Source: the human T2T-CHM13v2.0 reference genome, Homo sapiens
DNA length: 64,000 nucleotides
Reading direction: 5' to 3' (one strand)
Assembly: GCF_009914755.1 (NCBI RefSeq)
Contig: NC_060929.1
Of the stretch, positions 25,061 to 39,351 are shown in pieces. The position numbers and the translations under genes were made by a program. Each line of letters starts with the position of its first letter. The stretch's first letter is position 1. The notes under the pieces were generated by a model that was given only the letters and a program-made list of their open reading frames with translations, made no database searches and had not been told where the DNA came from.

Positions 25061-25574
25061 TGATAGTGTTCAAGACATGGAACCCCACAATATGGTGACT
25101 TGGCATATTGAATATTTTATGAAGAAGGCAGAAGCAAAAAGGTCACTGTGACCTTCCCCACTCCCTGTCTCTTATGAGGTAAGTTGTAAAACCTAGGAAG
25201 GATTTTTTGACCTTTCCCTGACCATACAACCTTATGTGAGAGTTGCCTTACCTATACATTGAGGAAGATAAAGGATCACAGAGAAGAATCTGAACAAAAA
25301 GCCTTGCTAAGTTTCTGCAGTCTATTACCATTAGATCACACCTCCTTTATCCTATCATATTTCTGACTACCCACTCTTCATCTAGCCTACGCATAAAAAC
25401 ACACAGGTTTAACTCTTTTTTGGGTCTTCATTTCCGTATGAAGGCTTCTGTGTCACATAAAACTTACATTAAATAAATTTGTATGCTTTTCTCTTGTTAA
25501 TCCGTCTTTTGTTTTGGGACCCTCAACCATGAACCCAAGATGGGTAGAAGAAAAGATATTTTGTCTCCTTCATA
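25061..25574 (+). mobile_element. ERV1 solo LTR, MER34-family-like
   Basis: LTR-like body with AATAAA; candidate 4-bp TSD ctaa; reverse-complement similarity to 42105-42612. Confidence 0.7.
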
Positions 25575-26379
25575 CTAATAATTCCTGTCAAAGTATGTTG
25601 AGTAAGGCAATTGTAAAAAGATTGTGTGTGGTGTAAAAGGAAATCATTAAATTCTAGGCAGATTTTGGACTCAGATTATTTCACAAACATTTTTATATTC
25701 TCACTTCACATTTACAAAACTGAAACTATAAATTGTAGATGGTGTATTTTCTTGATGGTTTATGGAAAAAACACCACTTGGGATTTTGATAAATGAACCT
25801 ATACTCAAAAGGTATTGCCCAAATCAGATTATTAAAAGAATACACGTGTACATTCTTGCATTATAATATAATGTTTAAGGTTTGTGTATATTGCTTACTT
25901 AAGTGTTTCCCTGGTTTTACTAGTATGTTCAGGCAACTGAGCTAGGACCAGTTCTTAACAACAGAAAGGAAACTTCTGTTGCATAGTTTTTTATTCTTAT
26001 GCTAAATTGACAAGGAATCCCCTTACACTTTTTTAATATGCCTTCTTGCAATCTAGTTTGACTTGCACATCATTGCCTCATGAATATTTCATTATTAAAT
26101 CTGAAGCGTTCAGTTTTCAATCCATTATTTTCTCTTATTTCCAGTGTCCTTTTCAGATGTAATTAAGTTCCTTTATTGCTTAAAACCATTGCTTGATTTT
26201 AGGAAATTTATGTTCTGGCCCTTTGTCCTGATATTTGTTTATTTAAGAATTATTTCATCTTTAGTTCTTTACTGCCATACCTTTTGTTTTCATAACTCTT
26301 AATGTATGCTATGTGTTCTTTAGCCTTTTTAATTTATTACCAGGAGATGAAGAGTACTGTTTAATTAAGAAATAATAGA

Positions 26380-26585
26380 TTGGTTCTGTTCTGTTCTGTT
26401 CTTTCTTTGCTTCCCTTTCTTTTCCTTCCCTTCCCCCTCCTTCCTCTCCCTCTTCCCTTTTTCCTTCCCTATGGGTCTTGCTTTATTGCCCAGGCTGGTC
26501 TCAGATTTCCTGTGCTCAAACAGTTCATTTGCCTCAGCCTTCTAAGTAGCTGGGATTACAGGCATATGCCACCTTATCTGGTTTA
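26380..26585 (-). mobile_element. FLAM/Alu monomer with CT-rich tail
   Basis: Alu left-arm similarity; TSD-like aga(t/c)tggttct. Confidence 0.75.
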
Positions 26586-26736
26586 GACTGGTTCTTTTCA
26601 AAAGGTAATGTTATATAAGTTCCAGGTACCTTAGGGCCAGACTTTTTTTTTTTCACCTTTTATTATAGCTTCTGAAAAGCTGCCAGGTATCCTAAGATAG
26701 GTACATGACTTGATGATTTAAAAATCTGAAAAATCT

Positions 26737-27386
<650 letters not shown>

Positions 27387-27889
27387 GAATCCTGAAGTAT
27401 TGGGTTAAAAAGCAAATCCATTAAGCTGCCAAAAAGTTGAAATTATTAAATGTTATACTTTTGTAATTCTAAGTATTAAAAAATGTATTAGTTTAATAAT
27501 TTTCAAAATGCTTCTGTTAAACATACTGGTTTTCATCTAGGCATTGATCCTTCATTTCTTCGTTAAGCATATTTTTCAACGATTTCAGTTGTTCCAAAGT
27601 TTGAACTTAGAAAACAAAGATTTTTAAGTTTTCCTTATAAAAATGCAAAAAGGTGTTCTAATAGATTTTTCTTATTTGGGGGAAAAATTGTATCTTATAT
27701 CATTTTTCTAAAATTGCATTTCATCATAAAATAGTCTTAGTAGACTTGATTTGGTTATGTCATATGTCAAATCATATACTACTATTAGGGAGAAAATCTT
27801 TTGAATACCCGTTGCAAAGTTTATGGCTGACACTGCTATAACAAAAGACAGATTAACAAGAAAAAAATGTAACAAATGTTTTACTTATT

Positions 27890-28018
27890 ATTTATTTTTT
27901 AAAGAGATGGGGTCTCACTGTGTGGCCCTGACTGGTCTCAAACTCCTGGTTTCAAGCAGTCCTCCCACTTCAGCCTCCCTAGGAGCTGGTATTACAGATG
28001 CATGCCACTGTATCCAGC
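27890..28018 (-). mobile_element. FLAM/Alu monomer
   Basis: Alu left-arm similarity. Confidence 0.8.
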
Positions 28019-28466
28019 TAACAGATTTTTTAAAAAACCAGTTTTACAGGCAGTGGCAGTCTGATAGATTTTCCTGGTTTGCAGTCTGAATGTCACAAAG
28101 GTTGTCTACACATGAGTTGTGATTTCTCTGAAGTTTCTATCAATTTATCCAGCCACAGTTTGTAAGACTTCAGGAAAAGGGAAGTTTTAATTTTAGTAAT
28201 TCCAAGTCAAAGAAACTTGGGAGAAAATTGGAAACATTAGTTTGGAGAGCTGTAGCTAGATATTAGAAGAAACCGGAAGAATTCAGGATTCATTTCAGTT
28301 TGTAGGTAAATAACAAAACTTCAAAAACAATGTGCTGGGATCTAATAATAGGTGCACTGTAGTTTTCTTCTAAAATGTAATTTTTCTTTCTACAGTCATT
28401 CTCATTTTTATCAAAGATAATCAAACTAATTTGTTTGCAAAACAAGTTTAATCTTATTAAACTTAG

Positions 28467-28864
28467 TGATATGGTTCGGATCTGTGTTCTTACCAAATCT
28501 GACGTGGAGATGTAATCCCCGACATTGGAGGTGGAGCCTGTTGGGAGGTAATTGGATCATCATGGTGGTTGGTCCTTCTCGAATAGGTTAGCACCATCCT
28601 GTCTGTGCTGTTCTTGTAATAGTAAATGAGTTATCATGAGATCTGGTTTTTTAAAAGTATGTCGCATCTGCCCCCTTCTCTCTTCCTTCAGCCACGTGAA
28701 GATGCCTGCTCTGGCTTTGCTGTAAAAAGTAAAAGCTCTCTGAGGCCTCCCCAGCCATGCTTCTTGTACAGCCTGCCAAACTGTGAGCCAATTAAACCTC
28801 TTTTCTTTATAAAATACCCAGTTTCAGGTATTACTTTACAGCAATGTGAGAACAGGCTAATACA
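28467..28864 (+). mobile_element. MST (MaLR) solo LTR
   Basis: tgatatggtt...ctaataca ends; TSD cttag/cttaa. Confidence 0.88.
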
Positions 28865-30314
28865 CTTAACCTGATTATTTACATTATGTGCAGCATAGGC
28901 TCTTTTTAAGTCTGCTTTGCTGGAACTTTTCATAAGGAGTCTCAGATTGGATTTGTAAAAGCCTCTCGAGACTAGAAGGCCAAGCCAAGGACTCTTCATA
29001 AGACTTTGCATTCGTAGAGATGAGGTGAATTCCTGTTTGAGGTCCCCAAGTATCCTGAGGTTCCTGGGCCTTCCAAGAAGTAGCATTCCTTACTCACCTA
29101 GCTGTAAGGCAACCATACAACCATGTATTCAAGTTACCAGGCCAGTTTTTTTACCCCTAAGGGGCTTTTATTGGCTCCATAAAGTCAAACTTAGTTTCTT
29201 AAAGTTATTTGGTTGTATTTGAAAATAAGACATTCTAGTCAAAGCCTTGGTAATATAAGCAGTAAATACACAATTTCCTGTTACAAGAACAGATTCTTCC
29301 TGAACTTGTACAAGTAACTATATTGTATAAAAATAAGAATACTTGCTTATAGTTCCTGGATTCTAGAAGGATTATGCAGGGGGAGAATTTTTTCCATTTT
29401 TGTTTATAAAAGTATACTTTGCCAAATTGCTGTAAGCTGTATAGATAGCTTAAAAGAAAAGAAAAAAGAATTTCCTTAAATCTGGAAAACAAAACATTAA
29501 AGACCCACAATGTTTCAAACAACAAAAAAAAATTATCCTCATTAGTTCATTCACCCTCATGTAATTCTTGTTCTGCTTGATTTTGATGAGCAGTTTCACG
29601 AACCCATTAGTTTCTTCATTCGAGTTCTGGAAATTCTTATGCAGTCCAATGGTATAATCTGAAAGTTACCAGAAATCTGTGTTACAGAGTACTTGTCAGT
29701 CTTTTTCATTAATCCCCTTGAAGATGAGGCAACTTAGACTATTGCTCACTGCAAACACTTTGAGAGAAGAATCAAAATATATAGTAACTGTCTTATGAAT
29801 GACAGAAGATTTAAAATGGCCGTGGTTAAAAGTCTGATGAGCGTTCATTATTATAATGATGCAGTTGGCAAGGAAGTTCGGCAGTTTTTTGGTATACAAA
29901 ATGTTAACATACTAGCCAGAATTATGACTGATAGCATTACACCAGAACATATCAGAATTTTTGAAATGTCAATTTATGGAACACTCATTAATAATATACT
30001 CATAGATAATAATTTTGAGAAGTCTAAACATCACTTATTATTTGACAGTTCTTCCCATATAATTTAACTTATCAAATGAGCCTAATTAATATCTCCAACA
30101 GATTGAGAGACAAATCCTTTGAGACTTTCCAGGGACCCTCTGGAAAGTTCCAAAATCAGAGGTTTAAAAGACATAATTTAGAATTTTACTTTAAGAAGTA
30201 AAAAATGTCAAAAGGTTTAAAGCATTTGATTAAATAGGCCCATAGGGCACTGTGAAATATTACCAAAGTGACAAAAGATTTTAAAGGCAAACACAGAAAA
30301 CTACATAGTTACAA

Positions 30315-30552
30315 ATATGTGGAGCTAAATAATGAGAACAAATGGACACAAAGAGGGGAACAACAGACACTGGGGCCTACTTGAGGTAGGAGGGTGGGAG
30401 AAGGTAGAGGGTTAGAAAAAAATAACTATCAGGTACTATGCTTAGTACCTGGGTGATGAAATAATTGTCCACCAGACTCCCATGATATGAGTTTACCTAT
30501 ATAACAAACTTGCACTTGTATCCCTGAATCTAAAATAAAAGTTAAAAAAAAA
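30315..30552 (+). mobile_element. L1 3' end fragment (L1PB or old L1PA)
   Basis: L1 3'UTR sequence ending ctaaaataaaagttaaaaaaaa. Confidence 0.8.
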
Positions 30553-32190
30553 TTATCTTGATAAAACACAAAATCTTTGTTTATTTGGCCAGTTACTTAA
30601 CAGATAAAGGAAAACCTTCACTTTCTTAAACCAGTACTCCAGGAAAACTTTGTCATTTTAACAGAGAAGACCAAATTTCTAGTTTTGCATCAGTGTACTA
30701 TTAATACTATAGCTATAGCTAATGTTAATAAAACTATGTAAATGAATTCATTCAGTCTCAGCCATCTTTGACCACATGAGATAAGATTTTTTTCCCCCAA
30801 GATTCCTTTTCCATAAGCCTTTTTTAGTCTTGAAACAAATATCCAACTGCTTTCTCTTCCTGCTTTTTTCTCTTATTCTGGCAAACCAGTTATTTTACTT
30901 TAGCACAGAATTAATTTACTCTCTTTTTTCCCATAATGGAAAATATACCCTCATGCTTTAGAACTTCTCTTACCAAAAAATACATCCTTTATTGCATTTT
31001 TTTTGTATAAAAGTTGTTTCTCTTCACCCTTCTTAATTTCTTGTAGCTTAAACTATATATATATATTAGAATTTTAATACTTAGCAATTGTGAATTGTCA
31101 TGTAATAATATTCTGTAGATTAATACTATTATGATTTCTAGAAACATGCTTCCTTATAGTACAATTTCTCATTTTTATTAACAGACCAAATATGTTTAGC
31201 TACTCTATAGTGTATAAAAGCAATATTCCAAAAGTATATAAATTCAAATTTATGTTCAGCAATTAATGTTTCAGCATTTTATTTTACTAAGAAATGACCT
31301 AGACATTTAATGAATATCTGTTACTTAATCTTACTTAAGTATAACTTTAAGGTTGCAAGTTACCAAAAAGATTTTGGAACCTCTTTTTAAGTTGACATCT
31401 TGTATAAAATGTTATTATTGAAGAGTTCACTTACAAATTTTTACTCCAGTTATATTTATTTAACTTGTTCTCAACAATTAAACTGCTCATGACAACTTCT
31501 TGAGACATTAAACAAAGCTAAGCATCATTTTATTTTTCTTGTTTAAAAATCAGGCAGTTATAAAAAATATCACAGAAGCAAAGAAACTAAAAAGTTAAAC
31601 TTTGTTTAAACTTGTTTCTTCCTCTCTCTTTTTTTCTTTTGATAACAGTTACCTCCCTGAAGTTTGTATTTCTAAAAGATAACTATTGAGTTCAAGAGAA
31701 GACAGGTAGGAAATTTACATCTCAAAGGCACAGAAAAAGAATGTAAGTTTTTTCCAGGGAGGAGTTTTATAACATATTTGCCTATTATCAAATATTTTTC
31801 TTATGGAGGCTGTGGATGAAATTTTTAGGTGAGTTAGTGACTGAGGAAACATCTAGCAGTTGTCTTACCCCAGAGTCCATCTAAGTGAACAAAACATCCA
31901 TTTCTGTTTTCAGATAGTTTTTTTTTTCCTCTTCTCAGCATTACGTGGTTGCTTTTGGGAGACCTTGAATCCCTTGAGAGTAGGGGTACTTAAAGTTCAA
32001 ATTACTGAGGGGCTGAAGTGGAAAGTTAAGGATTCTGGCAGGGGTAGACGGAAGGATGTTAAAGTAGGAACTTGAAGGGGAACATATCAAGATTCAAAGT
32101 TACTTTATGGAATATCAAAAGGAGGAAAGGGGAGCAGAAGAAAATGGAAGAAAAAGGTCCAGAAGGAAGAGGAAGGAGCCAGTGTGGGCA

Positions 32191-32606
32191 GTATCTTGGT
32201 CCATTTGTGTTGCTGTAAAGGAATACCTGAGACTGGATAATTTATAAAGAAAAGAAATATATTTGGTTTATGGTTCTGTAGGCTGTGCAAGAAGCATGGT
32301 GCCATCATATGCTTCTGATGAGGCCTTCAGGCTGATTCTACTCATGGCAGAAGGTGAAGGTGAACCGGCTTGTGCAGAGATTACATGGTGATAGAGGAGG
32401 CAAGAGAGAGAGAATGTGTCAGGCTCTTTTAAACAACCAGCTCTTGGAGGAACTCTTGCAGAAACTAATAGAGCAAGAACTCACCCATTACCACAAGGGC
32501 AGCACCAGACCATTTGTGAGGGATCTGCTCCAATGACCCAAACACCTCCCGTTAGGCCCCACTTCCAACATTGGGGATCAAATTTTAACATGAAATTTGG
32601 AGGAGA
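32191..32606 (-). mobile_element. MST (MaLR) LTR
   Basis: Reverse-complement similarity to 28467-28864. Confidence 0.82.
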
Positions 32607-35600
32607 TAGCCCTTTCCAAAGATAGGCAAAAAGAAAGAAAAGACTTTGTTGCTATAGTGGTTATGGATCTCCAGTTTCCCATGGAATATGACATGCCTGT
32701 AATCACACACACATTAATCTGTGACATTAACCATATGACTGACCAGCTAAGGTTGAGATGACAGAATCCCCTTAAAGACCGGGACCTTTATTACAAACTT
32801 CCCTGAGAGCTGGTGTGGTTGGACAGAGAATGTCCTTTAAAAAAATGTTTGTTATTTTCTTGAGGACAGAGATCATGTTTTCACTGTTGCTCATTGTGTT
32901 CAGTGTCTAATATGTAGTAAGTGCTAAAAAATACGTTGAATAAATGAGAAACATTCTTTTTGTTGCCGAAGGTAACCACTTCACATATGTTATTTAGTAC
33001 TCATTTTGGTATAGCAAACTGATTTCATACATGATGAAAAAGGAGTCTATTAATTTGCCCAAAGTTGAGAACTGGGATTCCAACCCAGTTTTGACTCAGC
33101 CCTTTGCTTTTAGCCAAGGCTTTCCTGCTCAGAAGGATCTAGGAGTGGTAAAAATAGTTTGTGAGATTGAAAAACATGTCTCTAATTATTAGTTTTGTAC
33201 TCCTTGTATGATTAGTAGCATCATTTGCATGAACTATTTCTATCATATTATCCACAGCAGTTCATTCAAACTACACTTTTGGCTCAATGATAGTTTTGCC
33301 CAGTATGCAAAATATAACAGATGTCACATTCCAACACTTGATTCATTGCCTGGTTGGACTCCAACATCAATTTGTTACTTTAACAAACAAACAAAAGTTG
33401 GTTCTAATGGCACAACTCAAATTTATTTTTATGTTTTTTATTGTATCTGAATCTATATGGCCCCTAAGTTTTTAGAAGTGTTTAAGTTCTTCCACAGTAA
33501 GTAAATAGATATGATAATGCTATCTGCCAACTCTTTATATTTTTTAAACTGTAAAATTTATTTTGTAAAATGTCCTTATTTATGAAACCTTTAATGAGTT
33601 TCTTGCTTTAAGTATCTGTGGGTTAGTTGAAAGAAAGTTTTTATTACAGGTCTAAGACTTGCTTTTCTTTGAACATCTTTTATGGTTGAAATAGAATGTA
33701 AACTCAGTCATCAAATTTAGATTAGTTTTAGCTGTAAATAACTAATAGTCTGCAGTAGAACAAGTTTCTATAAACAGTATTTTTAATGTTTCAATATGTG
33801 CTCTACTAAAACTTTTCAGCATTGATCCATACTAACATGCAATTTAGTGAACTTACTAGGAAAAGCATGATAAAAGTTTTGGCTTTTCTGGGCGTACTGA
33901 GAGATCTAGCAAAAATGCATCCCAAAGTGCAAAAACCTTACATTTATTTCTCTTCATGACAAGTGTAAACTGTTAAGGTTAAGTGGGTGGGGCAACCGGA
34001 AGTAATTACTAAGGCCAGTGGCATTTTTGTGGTTTAATAAAGGCAGAAGCTAATTATTCAGTTTTTATTTAAGTGAAATGGTGCCAAAAAGGAGGTTCCT
34101 GTGGAGCAGCTGCACTCCTTCAGTGTTGCCCTAATTTACCAAAGACACAACTGTCACAAACAAAACTTTTAAACTTGATATATAGCCACAAAAGTAAGGA
34201 GGCTTTTGTTGGGAGTGCATGCAGAAGAACTCCTTTATACAAATCAACCGGCAGATGACGGACAATGATGAAAATTTGATTCTTTGAAGTCATAATAGTC
34301 ATTGAAATGTGTGAAATTCTGGTATTGAAAAGAGAGCGGCCAGCAAGACTCTAAATCCTGGGTGGTTGCAAGAAGCTTGCTGGGAGGTTTTTCTGCATTT
34401 TGACACCAACTTCCCATTGCTTGTTCCCTGCTTCCTTTGTTAAAGAAAAAAAAAGTTGAAATCACAGAAGATAAATGGAGACAGTTGATAACCGAATCAT
34501 ACAGTTTTAATATGGAAAACTAGTATTTTATCATGGAAATTGGTATTTGAAAGAATAAAGTTCATATACATATACTGGTACATTCATAGTGATTTTTTAA
34601 ATTTTCTCTTCATTTATGTAGACTTGTGAAATGGCAGGTCAGCTATCATCTCCTCCAAAATTTAAAATTGTTGAAGATATGGTGTTGAAAGAATGAACTT
34701 TGGAATTATGACATGCATCTTTCCAATAGCAAATTTTGACTTGAATGCCCTTAATCTGTGAATTATCATTGACTTATTAGTTATCATTTATTAAAATAGC
34801 ATATTGCACATAAGGTTGTATTTCTGAAACTTTATTAGGATAATGACATTAATAATGGAAGCATAGGTTTCATACTTGACCCAACTATTCAACAATTAAG
34901 TTTTAAAATTCAATAAATCTGTGTATATTACTTATAGAGTAGCTTGTTTTATTAGAATTTACAGATAATTATTAACTGGTGAGTCTTGAGGTTCTTCAGG
35001 TGCCAGCTTGAAGGCTTTTCATACCTATGTGATTTAGTTTTTTGAATTATTATTTATAAATTATTTATCTCTATTTTACCAGTAAAATAAGAAATTTGTA
35101 AAAGGCAATAGTGACATCTTTCTCCAAAGCATTTCTAGCTTTTCTAAATAGGTTTCAAAAACTCACAGGTGATCCATATTGCCATACAAAAGTAGAAATC
35201 CATAAAGAATACAATTAGTTCAATATAATTTAAATAGTTTGCGGATTTTAAATTTTTTTGTGAAAGTTAGATCTCAGGTAGCTCCGTGTGAATTTAGAGG
35301 GAACCACACAAAGCGTTGAAGACACAAGTAGAGTTCAGCATAGTGCCTCATAGTTCTTTTCAAGTGTTACATTGTTTTAATGGAATCTTGGAGTGGGAGC
35401 TTTAGCCCATTGAAATGTGCTTAAAGAACAGGTTCTTCTGTCACTAGCCGAAGCTGTGTGGATGAAATGATAACAATAGGGTGTCGTGATGCATTTTTAA
35501 AGTGTGAGAAATCAGGTTGTCTAGACTGAGAGTGTGCCTACAGGGACTAGGAATTTTAGAGCCTCTGTACCCTTTAGGTGTCAAGTATATGAGAGATGCC

Positions 35601-37115
35601 AAGCCTCTTTATTCTGTCTTTGGCAGCAGCTCAATTGGGCTGTAGTACCTTACATGTCTTCTGCATGCAAAAACTGATTCTGTGTCATGACAACTTGGGT
35701 TCCCAAAATCAGAAACCCACTTGTTCAAATGCCAACTTTAAATTAGGGTAAGATACCAATAAATAATTGCTGTAATTCGAGAAGACATGGAAGATTGGTA
35801 GTTATGAGTTCAAAATATAAATAGCTTAGCAACATTGTGTAGACACTTTTTAAAAAAGGTTTTCTATATACTGTCCTTTCTACTTTGTAGCTCAAATACT
35901 GTTTTATAGTATAAATCAAGAAATACTATTTCAATTTTTTTCAAAACTTGAAAAAGTTTAAAATCTTAAGTTTTTTAATCACTTTGGCATATATGCATCA
36001 CAGTATAGAAGTAGGTAAAGTAAAAGTGTTTCCTCTAATCTTCCTGAGGTAACCAGTGTTAAGAGTTTAATGTGTTTCCTTTCATATAGTTTTAAAAATA
36101 GACATAACTTACAGCTCCAGCTTTTATGAGCTCAGCTCAGAACAGAGGGGATGCTTTGGAATTTGGAAAAGATGCCCCACCCCATAATTCTATAACATGC
36201 TTATAGTGTTTGTTTATACCCAGCTTAAGCTGTAGCTGAGGAAACGAGACAGATTAATCTAAAGATATATAATATTAAATAATAAACTACTATGGCAGAT
36301 TGCAAGTATTACAGTGAATTCAAAGGAGGAATTAAACATTGAGGACTTCCCAGGAGTTGAGCCACTTTAAGCTCTTAAATAGAGAATATATGCTTCAGGA
36401 AGTCATTAAATATAATAATACTTAAACTTTTTTTGAAGTTGAACCTGAATATTAGAAATTACCAATTAAAGTATTTCACACCTTTAAAAATTATGTGCCA
36501 GCTTCACTCATTTTTACTTTAAACTAGATGTAGGGAAACTTTAAAAATAAGTAAATGTAGGCACATATTAGAAGTGCATATTTGTGTAAATATTTATATG
36601 GATAATTTTGATAGTTTCTGTAAACAAGCTGTGACAAAGTAGCCACACCTAATTATTGACGCAGGTGGAAAGGTATTGTGTTAAATAGAGGATTGGTTGC
36701 CAACTAAAATAACTTTAAAGAATTGGTTTTTAATCTTGTGGATAGAGATAATAGTCAAGTCAGAAATGTGTTTCGTGTTTTTCCCACTAGTACGTACTAG
36801 CTAAGAATACTTACCAGCTAAGTATTCTTGCCAGTTATTTGGTTCATAGCATTGATAGATTGAAACTACAAATAAACATTAGTCTTCATTAGGGTGTGTA
36901 TTATAATGACATAAAAATTCACAGACGTTTTCTAGTTTTCACAAATTTGGTATAATCATTTTTATATTAACTCTTGTTTTTACCAAGTTATCCAAAATTT
37001 ACGTTAGTAAGTGAACCATGATTTTAAAATGCTTCATTAATAAGCATATGGTTGACCCCAATGTGATTTACTTTGATCAGATAAAGTATTTTACCATTAC
37101 TAAATGGAGATTTAA

Positions 37116-37245
37116 CCCATTTATGTCTGAGGTTGCAGTTTTTAGAATTTTTGCAATCAGACCTTGGCAATGGCCTTGAGCAGTAGGATATAAATAACTC
37201 CCACATGCTTAGCATTCCAATAATGGAACACTAGGAATAAATAAG
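37116..37245 (-). mobile_element. MER85 (piggyBac/PGBD3-derived MITE)
   Basis: TTAA then CCCATTTATG terminal repeat, ~130 bp, internal imperfect palindrome ATTCCAATAATGGAAC; right end degenerate. Confidence 0.9.
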
Positions 37246-38067
37246 TTTTAAACTCTGAATTACTTTACTAATTTGTGTCCTGACTGCTACTATGTTTTGA
37301 TAAATGTATCTACTCTGGGGCATCAAAATTCTGTGCATTTTCAAAATGAGCATTTGTTACTGGATAAAATTATAGAAAAATCGAGTTAAAGTTACCATTG
37401 TTTTCATCTCACATTTTGGCAAAAATTATGCCACTTTTTGGGATTACTTTTGCAGAATGTGTTTGATTGTATCATTCTCTCTTTAGTAGGTTTCACCAAA
37501 GGGGGGAGATACATCACAATGCTAATTAAAGTTGTTAAATTTACAACTTTACAAAAAGGTTCAGGTTTCCCTCTCAAGGTAATGCCTTGTGGGTAAGCAA
37601 TTTGACACAGAAATTATAAGTAACAGATTGTCTTCTATTTAAGATTTAAATAAACATGCAAATAAGGATTTACTTTTTATATCCCCTTTTCATATTTCCT
37701 TTGTATTTTTTCTCCTCTGACTAGTTCGCACTTGCTCACAAAGTAAGAGCATTGTTGACTACAGGCTCTTCTGCGAGCAAACAGTCTCTTCAGAAAATAC
37801 CAATGCTTTGTTGGACAAAAGGGCGTAAATTTTTTTTACGATCCTTTTCCACTGTCTCCACTACGTCCCCCTAAATAAACCATTTACAGGTATCTAAATA
37901 GTAATTTACGTTGTAAAGTATCAGAATGGTAGTGAAATAAGCCAGAAAATTTATCTCAATTTATGAACAAATCTGAATAGAGTTGCATGAATATAGGAAA
38001 CAACAAAAGTACATTAGTGTGTATGTAGGCTGTTTGAAACGTGTTTTTTTTTCTTGTTTTTCTGTAG

Positions 38068-38241
<174 letters not shown>

Positions 38242-38523
38242 TGAGTACTTTATTTTAATGTGAATATTGTCAGCTATCTTTTTCTATGTAGATCTTTCTT
38301 CTAAATATGATTTTCAAACTCTTTTATGTACAATATGCTTATGACAGTACTTTTTGACGCTGTTAAGTACCACTGTGCTCAAAGATACACATTATATATT
38401 TAGATATTCAGATAAGTGTGGCTTAGCACAGTAAACTATGACATAGTCTTTTTCAGAGTACTACTTACTAGATAAAAATGACTGAATTTCAGAGCACTGT
38501 TATGGAACTCAAAGCTATGTATA

Positions 38524-38822
38524 CAGCAGTCCCCCCTTATCTGCAGTTTTGCTTTCTACGGTTTCAGTTATCCGATGGACAGTACAATAAGATATTTCGA
38601 GATAGAGAGAGACTACCCTTAATATAACTTTTCTTATAGTATGTAAGTGTTATAATTGTTCAATTTTATTACAACTTATTGTTAATTTCTTACTATGCCT
38701 AATTTATAAGTTAATCATAGGTCTATGTGTTTAGGAAAATATAGGATTTGATACTATTCGTGGTTTTAAGCATCCACTAGGGGTTTTGGAACTTGTCCCC
38801 CCTCAGATAAGGGGGAATACTG
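38524..38822. mobile_element. MER44-type Tigger MITE
   Basis: TA then CAGCAGTCCCCCCTTATCTG ... CAGATAAGGGGGAATACTG terminal inverted repeats. Confidence 0.85.
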
Positions 38823-39044
38823 TTTTATCCAAGATACTGTAAGAATGGTGTTTATAATATAGTGACACTTTAACTTGTTTTAAAATTACAATAAACTTCT
38901 TTGTAATATATATTATATATATATCTTTTTTCTTTGTAAGGGGGGTAGGAACTAGGTCAATTTAGAAATTAGCTAACTTGAGGGAAACTTATAAGTTCCT
39001 GAGATATTGTGATTAATAATAAATAATAATAAATTACTTTTAAT

Positions 39045-39351
39045 TTTTATTTATTATTTTCTTTAGAGATGGGGTCTTGCCCCCTTGCCCAGGCTGGAGT
39101 GCAGTGATGTGATCCTAGCTCACTGCAGCCCTGAACTCTGGGATGATCAAGCGGTCCTCCCACCTTAATCCCCCAAGTAGCTGGGAATATAGGTGCATGC
39201 CACAGCACCTGGCCAATTTTTTTTTATCTTTTTGTAGAAATGGAGTCTCGCTTTGTTGCCCGGGCTGGTCTCGAACTCCGGGCTTCAAGCGATCCACCCA
39301 CCTCAGCCTCGAAAGTACTGAGATTACAGGTGTGAGCCACCATGCCTGGCC
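39045..39351 (-). mobile_element. AluJ
   Basis: Diverged dimer; TSD-like taaatt(a/g)ctttttaa. Confidence 0.9.

Larger units (their letters stand above)
27787..32830 (-). mobile_element. Decayed non-autonomous ERV1 (MER4-group) internal region with LTR stub, carrying nested insertions
   Basis: 27787-27880 resembles the start of the 42105 LTR. The following sequence resembles MER4-group internal sequence; no intact gag/pol/env. Confidence 0.55.
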
